Below, piece after piece: positions 1 to 11,244 of a stretch of 64,000 nt of DNA. The translations under genes were made by a program, and so were the position numbers. Origin of the DNA: Tetramitus jugosus (taxonomy: Eukaryota > Protista > Heterolobosea); NCBI GenBank assembly GCA_937625935.1, contig OW569347.1, forward strand, positions 558,001-622,000. Direction: 5' to 3'. How positions within the stretch are numbered: the first letter of the stretch is position 1; each line of letters opens with the position of its first letter. The notes below the pieces were generated by a model, which was not told the DNA's origin, searched no databases, and worked only from the letters and a program-made list of their open reading frames with translations.

Positions 1-1943
1 AGGTCATTTGTTGCTGCTATGAATTGACCTAAATTGGCCAATACAACAGCTCTCATCATCAGTGCCTCAATATTCTCATAAGATTTGGAATTATTAGTAG
101 CTTCAACATACGTGTTCGCGACCTTAAGAGCAAGTTGGAAATCCTTGCCCCAGTCAGTCAAAATACGCAACTCAAGATCATACACAGAAACAAGCAGATC
201 GGATGATCCAGATTTCATATGTGGTTCAGCATTCTTTCTATAATAGTCTAGCGCACCTTCATAATCACCATTCCATCGCTTACAACTACTGATTAATAAG
301 TGTCGTAGCAACTGGAGATCATTCTTTTCTTGTTGAGAGATCTTCATTCTTCTCAAAAGGCTCGGCATTCGATTACAGAATTCTTCCAACTCATCATATC
401 GAGCTAGATACAGCAGACAGTTGATATGCTCCTTTATTACATCGGGCATGTGCTCTGGTGATAACGATTCGACCATCTTGATATCTTCTAGCGCTTTTTC
501 AAAATTTCGAACTTGGTAATAGCACGTGCTTCTCATTAAATAAACACCAGGAGTTGCCATTTCATTCTCGGTGCACTTATTGAATGCTTCCAAAGCTTCT
601 TCATATCTCTCTTCCTTACTCAAGCAAATCGCGTAAATGAGTTGCGCTTTCTCTCTCACCTCACCTTCGACATCCATCGACAATAACTGCTCTGCATCCT
701 TCATTGCATTCGCTATTTTTCCTCTCTCCATATAAATAAGAGCTCTCAACTCTAATGAAGGATGATTTCCATCTCTCAGGATTTCATTCAAATCCTTTAG
801 TGCCATCTCCTTCCGATTCTTCAAATAATGAATGTTGGCTCTTGTGGCCAACTCGGATCTCAATTGCTCATTCACGGTGTCTAATAGTTTTTCTCTCTCT
901 GACTCGTAAATTGACTCATCCATTCGAATTTCTTCCAACTTGTTTCGCAATCGCTCATCAATTAAAAAATTAATGTATAACAGAGCCTTGTCCAATCGAT
1001 TCAAGCTCATCAATGCTTCTACTCGCAAGCTACAAACATCATTCAAATCAAAGAAGATATCATCCTGGTCAATATACCTTTCCAACACTGGTTCCATCGC
1101 CAACACCCTATCACTATAACTCAAAACTTTGGAGTACTCTGTCAATCGATACAAAACAGTTGTGTACTGCTTACCAACAAACAGTTTCCATCCGAGAACA
1201 AATTGATGATCTTTCAACTCTTCTTCACTCAATTCCTCAGCATCCTTCATACTCAATGACTCTTCTCTCTCTGACAATACTTGGGTCCACTGATCCAAGA
1301 CTTGTTTTGCTTCCAATAATGAGTTCTCATCTCCCGTATCAATCAAATCGATAAGTGTCTTGGTATGAGACTCCAAATCAAACTCTGCTTCTTCTGCTCC
1401 TTCTTCTTCCTCTCCTGTTCTAAAGGGCAAAAATTCTCCACTCTGAAGAAAAGCATTCATCTCATCATAGTCATTATCTCCCAAAATGGGATAACCATTC
1501 GTGTCTTGTGTTCTGGCTTTGGCCTTCGTTGTACCTGAGGTCTTTGTGGCCTTCTTTGTGGTCTTTGTAGTAGTAGTTGGAGTCACTAGATCCTCTTCAT
1601 TTTCAACTTGAATATCAATAATGTTTTGATTGGCATATCTCTGTTCTTGTTGCTGCTGTTGTTGATGTAGCTTTTGAAGCTTTTGTTGTTGTTTGAGTAG
1701 CCAACCATCGAGAGTGGCAACTGAAAGCTTTTTCTTCTTGATTGTTGTTGTTGTTGTCGTCTTTTTCTTCTTTATTGGATGCAAAATGGGAGAGCATGTG
1801 GTGGAGAAGCACAACAGAGCTTGTTGTCGTTGAGTTATTGTTGTTTCATGTTGGCAGATCAGGAGGGGGACATTGGATCGATGGGTAGCGATCTTGAATT
1901 GTGGTTGTTGGTGCGAGAGTTGCTTGAGGATAAATGGGATCAT
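1..1943 (-). CDS. TPR-repeat protein, probably mitochondrial; 3' end runs off the window
   Basis: Manually translated frame from ATG 1943 (MIPFILKQLSHQQPQFKIATHRSN...), apparently open to the window edge, which would explain its absence from the ORF track. Helical repeats such as RALIYMERGKIANAMKDAEQLL are TPR-like; the N-terminus is basic and presequence-like. Confidence 0.7.
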   Translation of the reverse strand, partial: MIPFILKQLSHQQPQFKIATHRSNVPLLICQHETTITQRQQALLCFSTTCSPILHPIKKKKTTTTTTIKKKKLSVATLDGWLLKQQQKLQKLHQQQQQQEQRYANQNIIDIQVENEEDLVTPTTTTKTTKKATKTSGTTKAKARTQDTNGYPILGDNDYDEMNAFLQSGEFLPFRTGEEEEGAEEAEFDLESHTKTLIDLIDTGDENSLLEAKQVLDQWTQVLSEREESLSMKDAEELSEEELKDHQFVLGWKLFVGKQYTTVLYRLTEYSKVLSYSDRVLAMEPVLERYIDQDDIFFDLNDVCSLRVEALMSLNRLDKALLYINFLIDERLRNKLEEIRMDESIYESEREKLLDTVNEQLRSELATRANIHYLKNRKEMALKDLNEILRDGNHPSLELRALIYMERGKIANAMKDAEQLLSMDVEGEVREKAQLIYAICLSKEERYEEALEAFNKCTENEMATPGVYLMRSTCYYQVRNFEKALEDIKMVESLSPEHMPDVIKEHINCLLYLARYDELEEFCNRMPSLLRRMKISQQEKNDLQLLRHLLISSCKRWNGDYEGALDYYRKNAEPHMKSGSSDLLVSVYDLELRILTDWGKDFQLALKVANTYVEATNNSKSYENIEALMMRAVVLANLGQFIAATND

Positions 1944-2094
1944 TGCTTGTGGTTGGTTTTTGAGTGTGAAAAAAATAGAAATTTGAAGTTGTTGATTGTT
2001 TGTTATTACTTTATGTTGTTGTGTGTACAGGGAGTTGTTGTTGTTGCTTGTTGAATTTCAAGCAAGCAATGGAGCAGTAATGGAATGAACATTC

Positions 2095-3762
2095 TTAATG
2101 CCAGATGTGCAACAATGACACAACGCTACCTACAAAGAGAGCAGTGTAGAGTGCTGCCTTGTAGTAGAAAGAGCTACTGTCATTGTGGGAATGAGAACCA
2201 GTGCTCTCTCTTGGAAGGATGCTGCTCTCTTGAGTTCCTGGCGTACTTTTAGACTTGCTTGGTGTTGGTTCTGGCTTCACTATGGATTCACTTGGAGATG
2301 GTTTTGGGACTGGAGAAGAACTGTAAGATGGAGAAGGAGGATAACTTGGCGATGGTAGAGGAGAAAGGGAGACCTCGGGCGTTACACCGTCCTCACCACT
2401 GCCTGGGAAGTTGTGACCAAATGGTCTTGGCGTAATTTGAGTCAAATCAAGACCAGTTTGCTTCACTCCAACCAAATCGTACTCGCTGTTCTTAAAGTTC
2501 CACTCTTTGTATGACGAGTCAGCCAATCCCTGAGCTATTGCTTCAAACACAACATCCTTCTTGTAAGCTCTGTCAGGAACAAAGACTCCAACCATTGTGC
2601 TGTCCTCTCCCTGTTTTTCAGAGTTAGGGGCGAATCTGACAAGACCCATTTGTTGTTGATTAGGAGGCTTCAAGGTTTCTTCGTTGAACTCAAAGAACAA
2701 ACCACCAATAGATCCCTTGGTCATATATTGAACCATTGGGCGGTATTGTTGATTGATCCAATCTGGTCGGCCTGCAGTCTGTGAGTCTTGGTCATGCATG
2801 CCGAACTCACCAACGAGAACGGGCAATCCAAATTCCTTACTCTTGGCTTCCCAACCAACAAAGTTATTGTTCGTGTCAGGTTCCCACAAGGTGTTTATAA
2901 AGACATCTCTGTACCCAGCATTTGTCATGAAAATGTCAACATCAATCTCGTCAGTCAACATGTTGTAACTCTGAGGCAAATCGACTTCACAAGTTGTGAC
3001 AGGAATGATTCTGTTCCATCTTTCAAGAGTGTACTCACGAACCTTGATAATCATCTTGTTCACGAGAGCTCTCAAATCTGGCTTGCTGTAGAGACCAAGC
3101 TCGTTACCAACAACCCACATGAGCAATGCGCTGTGGTTACCGATTTCATCGACTCGAGCCTCGACAAAACGATTCAAGTCATCTTCACTATAGAGAGTTA
3201 AAATGGATTCCTCAGAAACAATTGGCACAATGACTTTCAAGCCATATTCTGCTGCAGTGTCCATAAAGGTTCTGTGCTCTGGTGCATACTGTTTGTATGG
3301 AACGTACTTGGAATAGATGGTGGGATACTTCTCAATGAGTTCCTTTGTGAAGGGGGACATGTGATACACTCTCATAGCATTGGCTCCCATGTCTCTCATG
3401 AGAGGGAAGTCTCGTCTCCAAACTTCTCTCCACCATGGACCAGAAGGATGAGGAGATCCACCATTGTCACTATTCACTCCATCAAAGTAATCTTCAAAGA
3501 TGCAGGCATCGTAGTACACACCCTCATGATTAATCTTCTTAGAGCACAATCCAGCTTCATTGGCTCTTCCTAAGGGTTGAGGTGAATAGTTGACTCCCTT
3601 GATGAAGAATTGTCTGGAGCCTGTGAACAATTTCAAGTTTCTGACAAAGACATCATTCTCATCATATTTTTCTTTCATTTGTACTGCAGCAATGGTGGCC
3701 ACGAGTAACAGAAGTGCTAACGCTCCTGTTATCAGGTTATACTTGTTTCTCGGTATGTTCAT
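2095..3762 (-). CDS. Secreted, probably GPI-anchored clan GH-A glycoside hydrolase (GH2/GH72-like TIM barrel)
   Basis: Hydrophobic signal (ALALLLLVATIAA), FFIKGVNYSP, MGANAMRVY, acid/base VGNE, nucleophile VGEFG, Ser/Pro linker and C-terminal hydrophobic tail. First ATG at 3762. Confidence 0.75.
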   Translation of the reverse strand: MNIPRNKYNLITGALALLLLVATIAAVQMKEKYDENDVFVRNLKLFTGSRQFFIKGVNYSPQPLGRANEAGLCSKKINHEGVYYDACIFEDYFDGVNSDNGGSPHPSGPWWREVWRRDFPLMRDMGANAMRVYHMSPFTKELIEKYPTIYSKYVPYKQYAPEHRTFMDTAAEYGLKVIVPIVSEESILTLYSEDDLNRFVEARVDEIGNHSALLMWVVGNELGLYSKPDLRALVNKMIIKVREYTLERWNRIIPVTTCEVDLPQSYNMLTDEIDVDIFMTNAGYRDVFINTLWEPDTNNNFVGWEAKSKEFGLPVLVGEFGMHDQDSQTAGRPDWINQQYRPMVQYMTKGSIGGLFFEFNEETLKPPNQQQMGLVRFAPNSEKQGEDSTMVGVFVPDRAYKKDVVFEAIAQGLADSSYKEWNFKNSEYDLVGVKQTGLDLTQITPRPFGHNFPGSGEDGVTPEVSLSPLPSPSYPPSPSYSSSPVPKPSPSESIVKPEPTPSKSKSTPGTQESSILPRESTGSHSHNDSSSFYYKAALYTALFVGSVVSLLHIWH

Positions 3763-4176
3763 CTGGACAACAGTATCTGCACTTTCGTTACGATATATAC
3801 AGGTGGGATAAGCAATTGAGTTAAGATTGTGGGTTTGAGTTGGTTGTGACAAAGTACCTGGATATCTGAAAATCTTTTTAAATCGGACAGGGCCTTTGGA
3901 CCAAACACAAATAGGCGCCAGTCAGAAACTTCTACCTGTAGGCGGGTACTCAAAAAAAGTTGTCGCACACTAGCAGGTCCTATTGGACAGAATAGGATGT
4001 CAACTTCCTCGTAATCGGATCCATCTAACTACTACCCGTTGAGGGTCATAGTTCAAATGATGACCTTGTCAGATGACATGAATCAAACATCCGGATAAGC
4101 TGGATATATTATTCCGCATTGTAAACATCAGATCATGATTCTATTTTTGAAAACGACAAAGAACAATCCCAACCCA

Positions 4177-6372
4177 ATGTCATCAGCAAGATTGTTTCTC
4201 GGCGCACAAAAGCACAAGCTTTGCACAACAAGCCATCATCCATTTTTTGTAAGACGATCACTCTCGCAGTCGCTCATCCATCAAATTAGAAACACCATGT
4301 CATCATCCACCAATCAAACAGTTGCTCTCGTTCTCAAAGACGAAAAGCTAAAGCACTATGTCTGTCCTGAGAAAGTGCCAGTGTGTAAGCTTGAGGTCCA
4401 AACTGCATTCGATCTGCTCACCAAGGAAGAAAAATTGTATGCTCACTATTTTGCAAGAGCTTGTTGGGCAGGTGCACCCATTGTTCTGCAACAAGTGTCA
4501 AAGGAATCTCCCAAAATTTTCAATTTCTTGGTTGCCTTCTTTAGTGATGCTTCTGTTGTTAAGGCCTCTTCAGACAGCACAAACGAACAAGTTCTCCAAC
4601 AATTCAAGATTTATGCTTCTCTGTTCTTTGGTAACATGGGTAATTATACGTCTTTTGGTGACTCAAAGTTCATCCCAAGGTGTGAATCATCAGACTTGGA
4701 ATCAATTGTTCTCCAGACAAAGAATGACAAGTTGATTCAATTGTGGAATGGAGTCAAGCACGACTTGTATTCATTGACCAAGAGAGAATTGGACTTTGGA
4801 AATTCTACGTACTATAATGATGAGGTCACTCAGGCCGACGCAGAGAAGGTTCAAGAGTTTTTGAATGCAAACAACATCTCTGCTTACAATACTAGATTGT
4901 TCAAGACTGGTGACAATTCATTTGAGTTGCGATTGGCTTCTGGTGAGCAGTCGGAGCCTGTTGAACATCAATTCAAGGGAGTGACCATTAGAATTGTTCA
5001 AGGAGATTATGCAAAGTATATGCACCAGATTGTGTCCAACTTGAAGAAGGCTCTTCCTTACGCAAATGAAGTTCAAACAAAGATGATTGAAAAGTATATT
5101 GAACACTTTAGTGGAGGAAATGTCGAAGATCACAAGGAATCACAAAAGTGGTGGATCAAGGACAGGAGTCCAGCCGTTGAGACTAACATCGGTTTCATTG
5201 AGAGCTACAGAGATCCATTGAGAGTGAGAGGTGAGTTTGAGGGATTTGTAGCTGTGGTCAACAAGGAGATGAGCAAGAAGTTCAATGAGCTTGTCGATAG
5301 CGCACAGGAATTGCTCAAGGAGCTCCCTTGGAACAAGCGTTTTTCCGATGGTACTCAACCATTTGAGATTGAGAACTTTAGCAAGCCAGATTTTACTGCA
5401 TTGGAGATTTTAGCCTTCGCTTCCAGCGGTCTGCCAGCCGGTATCAACATTCCAAATTATGAAGACATTAGAGAGCACATTGGATTCAAGAATGTCAGCT
5501 TGAGCAACGTGTTGTCTGCTACTTCACCAATGGAAGAGATCACCATGCTCAAGAAGGAAGATATCCCATTGTTCAAGCAGATGAAGGGCAAGGCATTCGA
5601 AGTCCAAGTAGGAATTCACGAGTTATTGGGACATGGCAGTGGAAAGGCTGTTGTAGCAGATAAGAATGGAGAATTGCCATTGGATCTATCCAAGGTGATT
5701 AATCCATTGACCGGAAAGGCCGATATTTCCACTTATTACAAACATGGTGAAACATTCAATGCAATGTTTGGAGAGATTAGTAACTCGTATGAGGAATGCA
5801 GAGCAGAGTCCGTTGGCATTTATCTGTCTACCTATGATCATATATTGAAGATATTCGGACATGAGGGTAACGAGGCTCGCGAAATTGTGTACATTAACTG
5901 GTTATTGATGGTGAGAGCTGGCCTATTGGGACTTGAATTTTATAATCCTGATTCCAAGAAATGGTTGCAGGCTCACATGAGAGCTAGATATTGCATCTTG
6001 AATGTTTTGCTTGAAGCTGGAGAAGATTTTGTGCAAATTGTTGAAGAGGATGGCAACTGCTATGTAACATTGGATAAGAGCAAGATCCAAACTGTTGGTA
6101 TGAAAGCGATGGAAACTTTCTTGCTCAAGCTCGGTATTTACAAGAGTACATGTAATCTTGCCGATGGTGTTTCAATGTATCACAAGTACACTGAGGTTGA
6201 TGATCGATTCTTGCGTTTGAGAAAGATTGTTTTGGAAAAGAAACAGCCAAGAAGAGTATTTGTTCAACCACTCACAATTGAGGACGGAGAAAACGTCAAA
6301 TTGCAAGAGTTTGAACCTTCATATGAAGGAATGATTGAGTGCTTCTCAAAAATTACAACAACTCTTGATTAA
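4177..6372 (+). CDS. DPP3: Dipeptidyl peptidase III (M49)
   Basis: HELLGH zinc motif, EECRAE, ETNIGFIESYRDP, GLPAGINIPNY. Candidate ATGs at 4135, 4177 and 4297. Confidence 0.95.
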   Translation: MSSARLFLGAQKHKLCTTSHHPFFVRRSLSQSLIHQIRNTMSSSTNQTVALVLKDEKLKHYVCPEKVPVCKLEVQTAFDLLTKEEKLYAHYFARACWAGAPIVLQQVSKESPKIFNFLVAFFSDASVVKASSDSTNEQVLQQFKIYASLFFGNMGNYTSFGDSKFIPRCESSDLESIVLQTKNDKLIQLWNGVKHDLYSLTKRELDFGNSTYYNDEVTQADAEKVQEFLNANNISAYNTRLFKTGDNSFELRLASGEQSEPVEHQFKGVTIRIVQGDYAKYMHQIVSNLKKALPYANEVQTKMIEKYIEHFSGGNVEDHKESQKWWIKDRSPAVETNIGFIESYRDPLRVRGEFEGFVAVVNKEMSKKFNELVDSAQELLKELPWNKRFSDGTQPFEIENFSKPDFTALEILAFASSGLPAGINIPNYEDIREHIGFKNVSLSNVLSATSPMEEITMLKKEDIPLFKQMKGKAFEVQVGIHELLGHGSGKAVVADKNGELPLDLSKVINPLTGKADISTYYKHGETFNAMFGEISNSYEECRAESVGIYLSTYDHILKIFGHEGNEAREIVYINWLLMVRAGLLGLEFYNPDSKKWLQAHMRARYCILNVLLEAGEDFVQIVEEDGNCYVTLDKSKIQTVGMKAMETFLLKLGIYKSTCNLADGVSMYHKYTEVDDRFLRLRKIVLEKKQPRRVFVQPLTIEDGENVKLQEFEPSYEGMIECFSKITTTLD

Positions 6373-6417
6373 ATCTTGCAATAAATAGCTATTTATTCCA
6401 CACAAGTGTGAATATTG

Positions 6418-9400
6418 TTACTTGAGAAGAAGAGCTGGATTCTTCTGTACTGCGATATACGCTAGTTTTGCTGCGTGTTTCTTGCACTCCTTCTTGTTCA
6501 TGGCTCGGGCAGACGAGATCTCTCTGCCCAAGATTTTAACTGTAACCTCCTGACCAGGTTGCACTTCTCGGAAATCGTATTGGGGAGGTAAGAGACCCTT
6601 CTTTTGGCAAAGGATTTGCAAATCACTCACAAAGTTTTTGTTATCATCAAGTTGCTCAGCATCAATCTCGGGGGCAGATCCATAACTCGATGGTGGCTGT
6701 GATAAGCTCATCAAGTATTGCACGAACGCCTCTAGACCTTCACGAGCAGCTTCCAAGTCAAAATTTGAATCAACTAAAATTGCACCTGCTAAAGCTTCGA
6801 CAACATCAGCAAGAATTTTGGGTGCGGTCCTCGTATACCACTCAGCCTTGGATGTAATCTTCCAAGTTACATACTGATTAATATCTTTGACCATTTGAGT
6901 ATCGTCGAGTATAAGACACTTAAACAACTTTGCTTGGGTAGCAACAACTGCCAAGGCATTGTTGTTCACCAAGTTCTTTCTCATTTGTGTTAATTCACCA
7001 GGAATGATGTCGGGATGATCAGTCATTATCTTCTCACTCAAAATTAAGTCAAGAACAGCATCACCCAGAAATTCTAACCTCTGATAACTAGGCGAATCAG
7101 AAATAGAAGCATGAGTGCACGCTTGACCCAACAACATGATATCAGAGAACTGATATGGAAGAATGCTTTGTAACAAGCTGGCCTTTAAGACAATACTTTC
7201 TTCTCTACTTGGAGATAGTTCTCTCCTAGGAACAGCTGGGTACTCGTCTTGATGAATAGTGAGTCCGAAAGTACAGCAAAACTTGAGCGCTTCTGAAACC
7301 TTTCCATGAGTAAAACAAGCTCCAATTAGTGCTTCGACGACATCAGATATTGTTTTCATAGGAATTTTCATTGAGTTGCCAGAATTTCGCCACAACTTCT
7401 TTTGGAACGGATCCTTGCATATAAAACCTGCAATATTGTTCGACACAGCCAAGTTGTACAAGTTAAGATTGCTGACCTCGATGTGTTTAGAGATTGATAG
7501 ATTACCCTCTCCTTCATCTGGCTTCAGTCTGTAGTTGTGCAAACAAGATAGATACTTGAGAACAGAATCCCCAATAAATTCTAGCCTTTCATAGTTGTCT
7601 GTTGTGCTAGCGAATGGGGCTGTTATTGCTGTCTGAATCATGTCGAGAGGGCAAGCGAGATTGAATTTCGCTTTGATTTCTGCAATTTAGGTTGGAGAGG
7701 TTAGTAGATGAGACTAGTCAGGGAACTCATGAAAATGATGAACGTACCTTGTGCGTGTATGTGTTTTTCGAGTAAGTACAGTATGGATGGGATCAGGTAA
7801 AGAGTGTTGTAGGCTCGAGTAGAAAGTGTAGTCTTTTCCAAGAGCTCTGGAAACAAATAGGTATGAGATTGTGATTCCTTCTGCTTCTTCTCTTTGAAGT
7901 AAGTAAAGTTTGAAGCAGATTGATAACTCACTTGGACCATTCTTTGCTGGAGATCTTTGATTTGGATACCATACTTTCTTCTGTAGTAATCATAATAAGT
8001 GGAGGATCCCATGAAGCAATCGCTGGCGTAGACAGGAGTTGATGTTTCTACTATCGAGTAGTATGTCTCAGAGGATTCATACTTCTTCTTGTAGATGGTT
8101 GTATGCTCAACTTCATCGGCCCACAGATAAATCGATAAACGGTGGTCTACATGAACTGTTCCTTGGGGATTAATTTGCTTCATTAACCGCTCGCTTTTCA
8201 TCCTCAATTCTTCTTCCCGGTCCTCTGTCAGAATTTCTTGCTTCTTGAGCTGTAAGGTGATATATGAAGGAGTGTTCGATCGAACATAGAGTTTGATTGG
8301 ATCTTGTGATACATCGACAGCATCAAACAATCCTATTTGAAGCCCAGTATCCTCTCCATTCTCCATAATTCTATACATGTAGATTGCGTTTGACTTGACA
8401 AAACAACTCGACACATGTTTTTCATATTCTTTGATTCCTGCGTTTTCCAAAGGAGATGCAGGAGAAAGTGTGGTAATTACCTTCTCTTTTGGTAGCAATT
8501 GATCTGTGAGTTCTCCATGCTTATGCAACGCTTGAATTACTTTCAAAGTAGCTAATCGCTTTGCTTCCACCTTTTTGGAAGCAGGTGGACCCAAGAAGTG
8601 GCGATCTGGTAGGGGACATGTGTCTGGCATAACAATGTGACATCTAAATGAAGGAATACAACCGGGTATAGGTTCATAAAGGTCCTTAAATGGGTTGGTA
8701 GTTCCACCAACCTTGTTACAGTAATGATTAAGTAAGCTAATACTATTTGCAGCTGTCACCTTGGCTCCAGTAGACGCTACCATGTACTCATCACCTGGTC
8801 TGTCTACAACTACTTGATTAGAACCCAATCTCACATAGGATGGTAGCTGAAGGGACATTTCTTCGCTCCTCTTGATCTTCTCTTGCCGATTCAGCTGTTC
8901 TACGTTTGCTCTTTCTCTCATGACATAGTAGTTCGCTGCTTGTACTCTTGCCCGACCTCTTGACTGAACATGAGATATCAAATCTCTGGGCATGTTGAAT
9001 CGGACTACCAAATCACATAATTGAATATCTAAACCTTCTTCTGCGACACTAGTGGCGATGATAAGATTGATTTTTCCCTCTCTAAACTCCTTTGTGATTC
9101 TGATTTGTTCAGATCGAGACAAGCTGTCATCTCCCCCACTGCCTACTAAGACTTCGCACTTAATGAATGATGGCCCATGTTCCTTGAACAAAATTTTAAG
9201 TAACTGGGCAACTGCTCTCCTCTCGACAAAAACGATAGACCTAAAATTCTGTTCATTGTCACGGCGCAACTCGGCCAACAGTTCAAATGTTTTTATCACC
9301 TTATCGCTCACTGTTTTTTCAAAAGTGAAGATTGATTCAAGTACCTTCAACTCATTAGAACCAGGAGCTTGTAATTCTAGATATTTGTAAATAGCATAGA

Positions 9401-10190
9401 GCCCTAATTCCTCAGATATTGTTCTCATTGAGTCTTCATTCATCTTAGTCAAGCCGAGCCAGACTGGTAATTGAAAATACAGGCTTTCATCTAGTATATT
9501 CTGGTACTCCTTGACGTGTTCCTTTGCTTCCGTTACATAAGTACTCAGTTCTTGCTTCATTTTTTCGTCAAGAGTTACTACAATACTATCCATATTTGCC
9601 TCTAGTGTGTCCCTTTTCTCAACCATTAGTTGAAAAGTTCTTTGGCTGTTGACTGGAGAAGCAGTCATACCAAATACTTTTGGCTTCCTGGTTGACGGAT
9701 GATAGTAATCTCTCATGATCATCTTGTATGGATGATTTTCCATACAGTGATGACATTCATCCATGATTAACAACTCCACATCCTCCATTCTCATCCATGG
9801 AGAATGACCCAACAAGTGAAGGAATATCTGTGGTGTCATCACCAAAATCCTCTTTTGTCTCATTAGCTGAGACTTGTTGCTATTGATACTCAGAACTCCA
9901 CTCTCTCCCAGATAGATTCCCACATCTGTCTCCTTCAAATCCAGTTCATGTTTTATGACACTTGCTTGTTGTTCTGCCAAAATCTTGTTGGGAGTAAGCA
10001 TGATGATCTTCCTGTTACTGGTGGTAGTGTCTTGTTGAAGTTCTTGCGCTTGAACTGCCATCATGTGTTCAATCAGCATGACGGCTATCAAAGTTTTGCC
10101 AGTGCCCGTTTCATTGACAGCAATGACATTTTCTTCACGTGCTCTTTCGAAGATATAGGTTTGGTACCCTCTTGGGGAGGTCTTTGTCAT
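6418..10190 (-). CDS. DCR: Dicer (DExH helicase, DUF283, PAZ, RNase IIIa, RNase IIIb, dsRBD), about 1234 aa, one intron 7680-7747
   Basis: ETGTGKT, DECHH, GMTAS, TSVAEEGLD, QSRGRAR; PAZ YYDYYRRKYG...LFPEL; ERLEFIGD/SDVVEAL and QRLEFLGD/ADVVEAL; C-terminal dsRBD. Intron GTACGT...TACTAAC...TGCAG joins the two track ORFs in frame (HAQ-E-IKAKF). Confidence 0.95.
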
Positions 10191-10541
10191 TATTGCTATG
10201 GTGTTTGTTTTGTTCTGGACTCTCGAAGACTTTTTCAACACCTGATAGCGGAGAAATAATCGAAGGAGGGTCCTTCAAATCGGACCTTCGACCTTCCAAA
10301 GCTGTTCACCTGTTCTATCCACAATTTAGAAGGTTATTGATAACAAGGGCGAGGCTGTTGCACTACAATATGATCAATCCAAACAAAACAGAGAATCGTA
10401 AATTGCTATGTTTTTGCCGTTGCTCTTTTTATAGCTTTTCGTTTACATTGGCCAAAGCTCGCAGAGCCTTACATTATGTCCCAATGAGGCTCGTAGAGAC
10501 GTCTCTTTGATTGACGTGACCAGTTGATATCATCTTGGCGG

Positions 10542-10960
10542 CTATGACTTCTTCATCCCGTTAAGCACCAGTCCCTCTGTTACCTGTTCGATGGCATCTA
10601 CCTCGATGCTCAACATTCCTTGAGGGTATTCTTTGCTGGTTTTCTTGATCGGTCTTCGCGACAATTTGCCTTCCCTCAGTCGCAACTGACATCTGATGTC
10701 AATGCAACTATCTCGTGCCACTCCTAGCGTCACTAACTCGTCTCCTACCTTCATGGCAAGGAATCTTCTACTTTGAACTTCAGTTAAAAGCTCTGGGGCA
10801 GCACACAGCGTGAAAACCATAGATTGATTTGCTGATATGATGGATACCAGCTTGTCAAGGTATTTCCCTACCGCACACATCTTGCGAGGACTTCATCTTT
10901 GCATTACATACAGCTTGTTGTCTCTCTTGTGTGAAGAGTTCCACTTCGCACTTTAGCACT
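10542..10960 (-). pseudogene. Degenerate ORF fragment, possibly a tyrosine-recombinase (Crypton/DUF3504-like) relic
   Basis: The spacing of CAVGKYLDKL...AMKVG...KLSRRPIKKTS...IEQVTEGL...MKKS mirrors CPV..Y...vG...TNHSxRxT...I...TGH...Y, but the catalytic residues are absent and there are upstream stops. Confidence 0.25.
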
Positions 10961-11071
10961 CAATATTTATGTTTATCTTGTGGGAATACTTCAGAAAGCG
11001 GAAGTCTGCACCACGTGACGATCGTGAAAAAATGAAATCGGCCAAAAACGAAGTGTTTTGACATCATCGGA

Positions 11072-11142
11072 TCTCCTATGGTCTAGTGGTATGATAGCGG
11101 ACTTTGAATCCGTTGACGGTGGTTCGATTCCACCTAGGAGAA
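11072..11142 (+). tRNA. trnQ-UUG: tRNA-Gln (TTG)
   Basis: Acceptor TCTCCTA/TAGGAGA, D-loop AGTGGT, anticodon arm GCGGA-CTTTGAA-TCCGT, T-arm GGTGG-TTCGATT-CCACC, TTTT a few nt downstream. Confidence 0.9.
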
Positions 11143-11244
11143 CATATTTTGTTCGTTGCCATCGTAATTTTACCGTAAAGAAGCTTGCTGATATTTTCAC
11201 TGCATTGCCACAAAAAAGCAAACAATTTCGCATTATTTAGTAGT

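Noticed and set aside
4050-4134. ATGATGA C-box-like motif upstream of DPP3
   Set aside because: No downstream CTGA D box or terminal stem.
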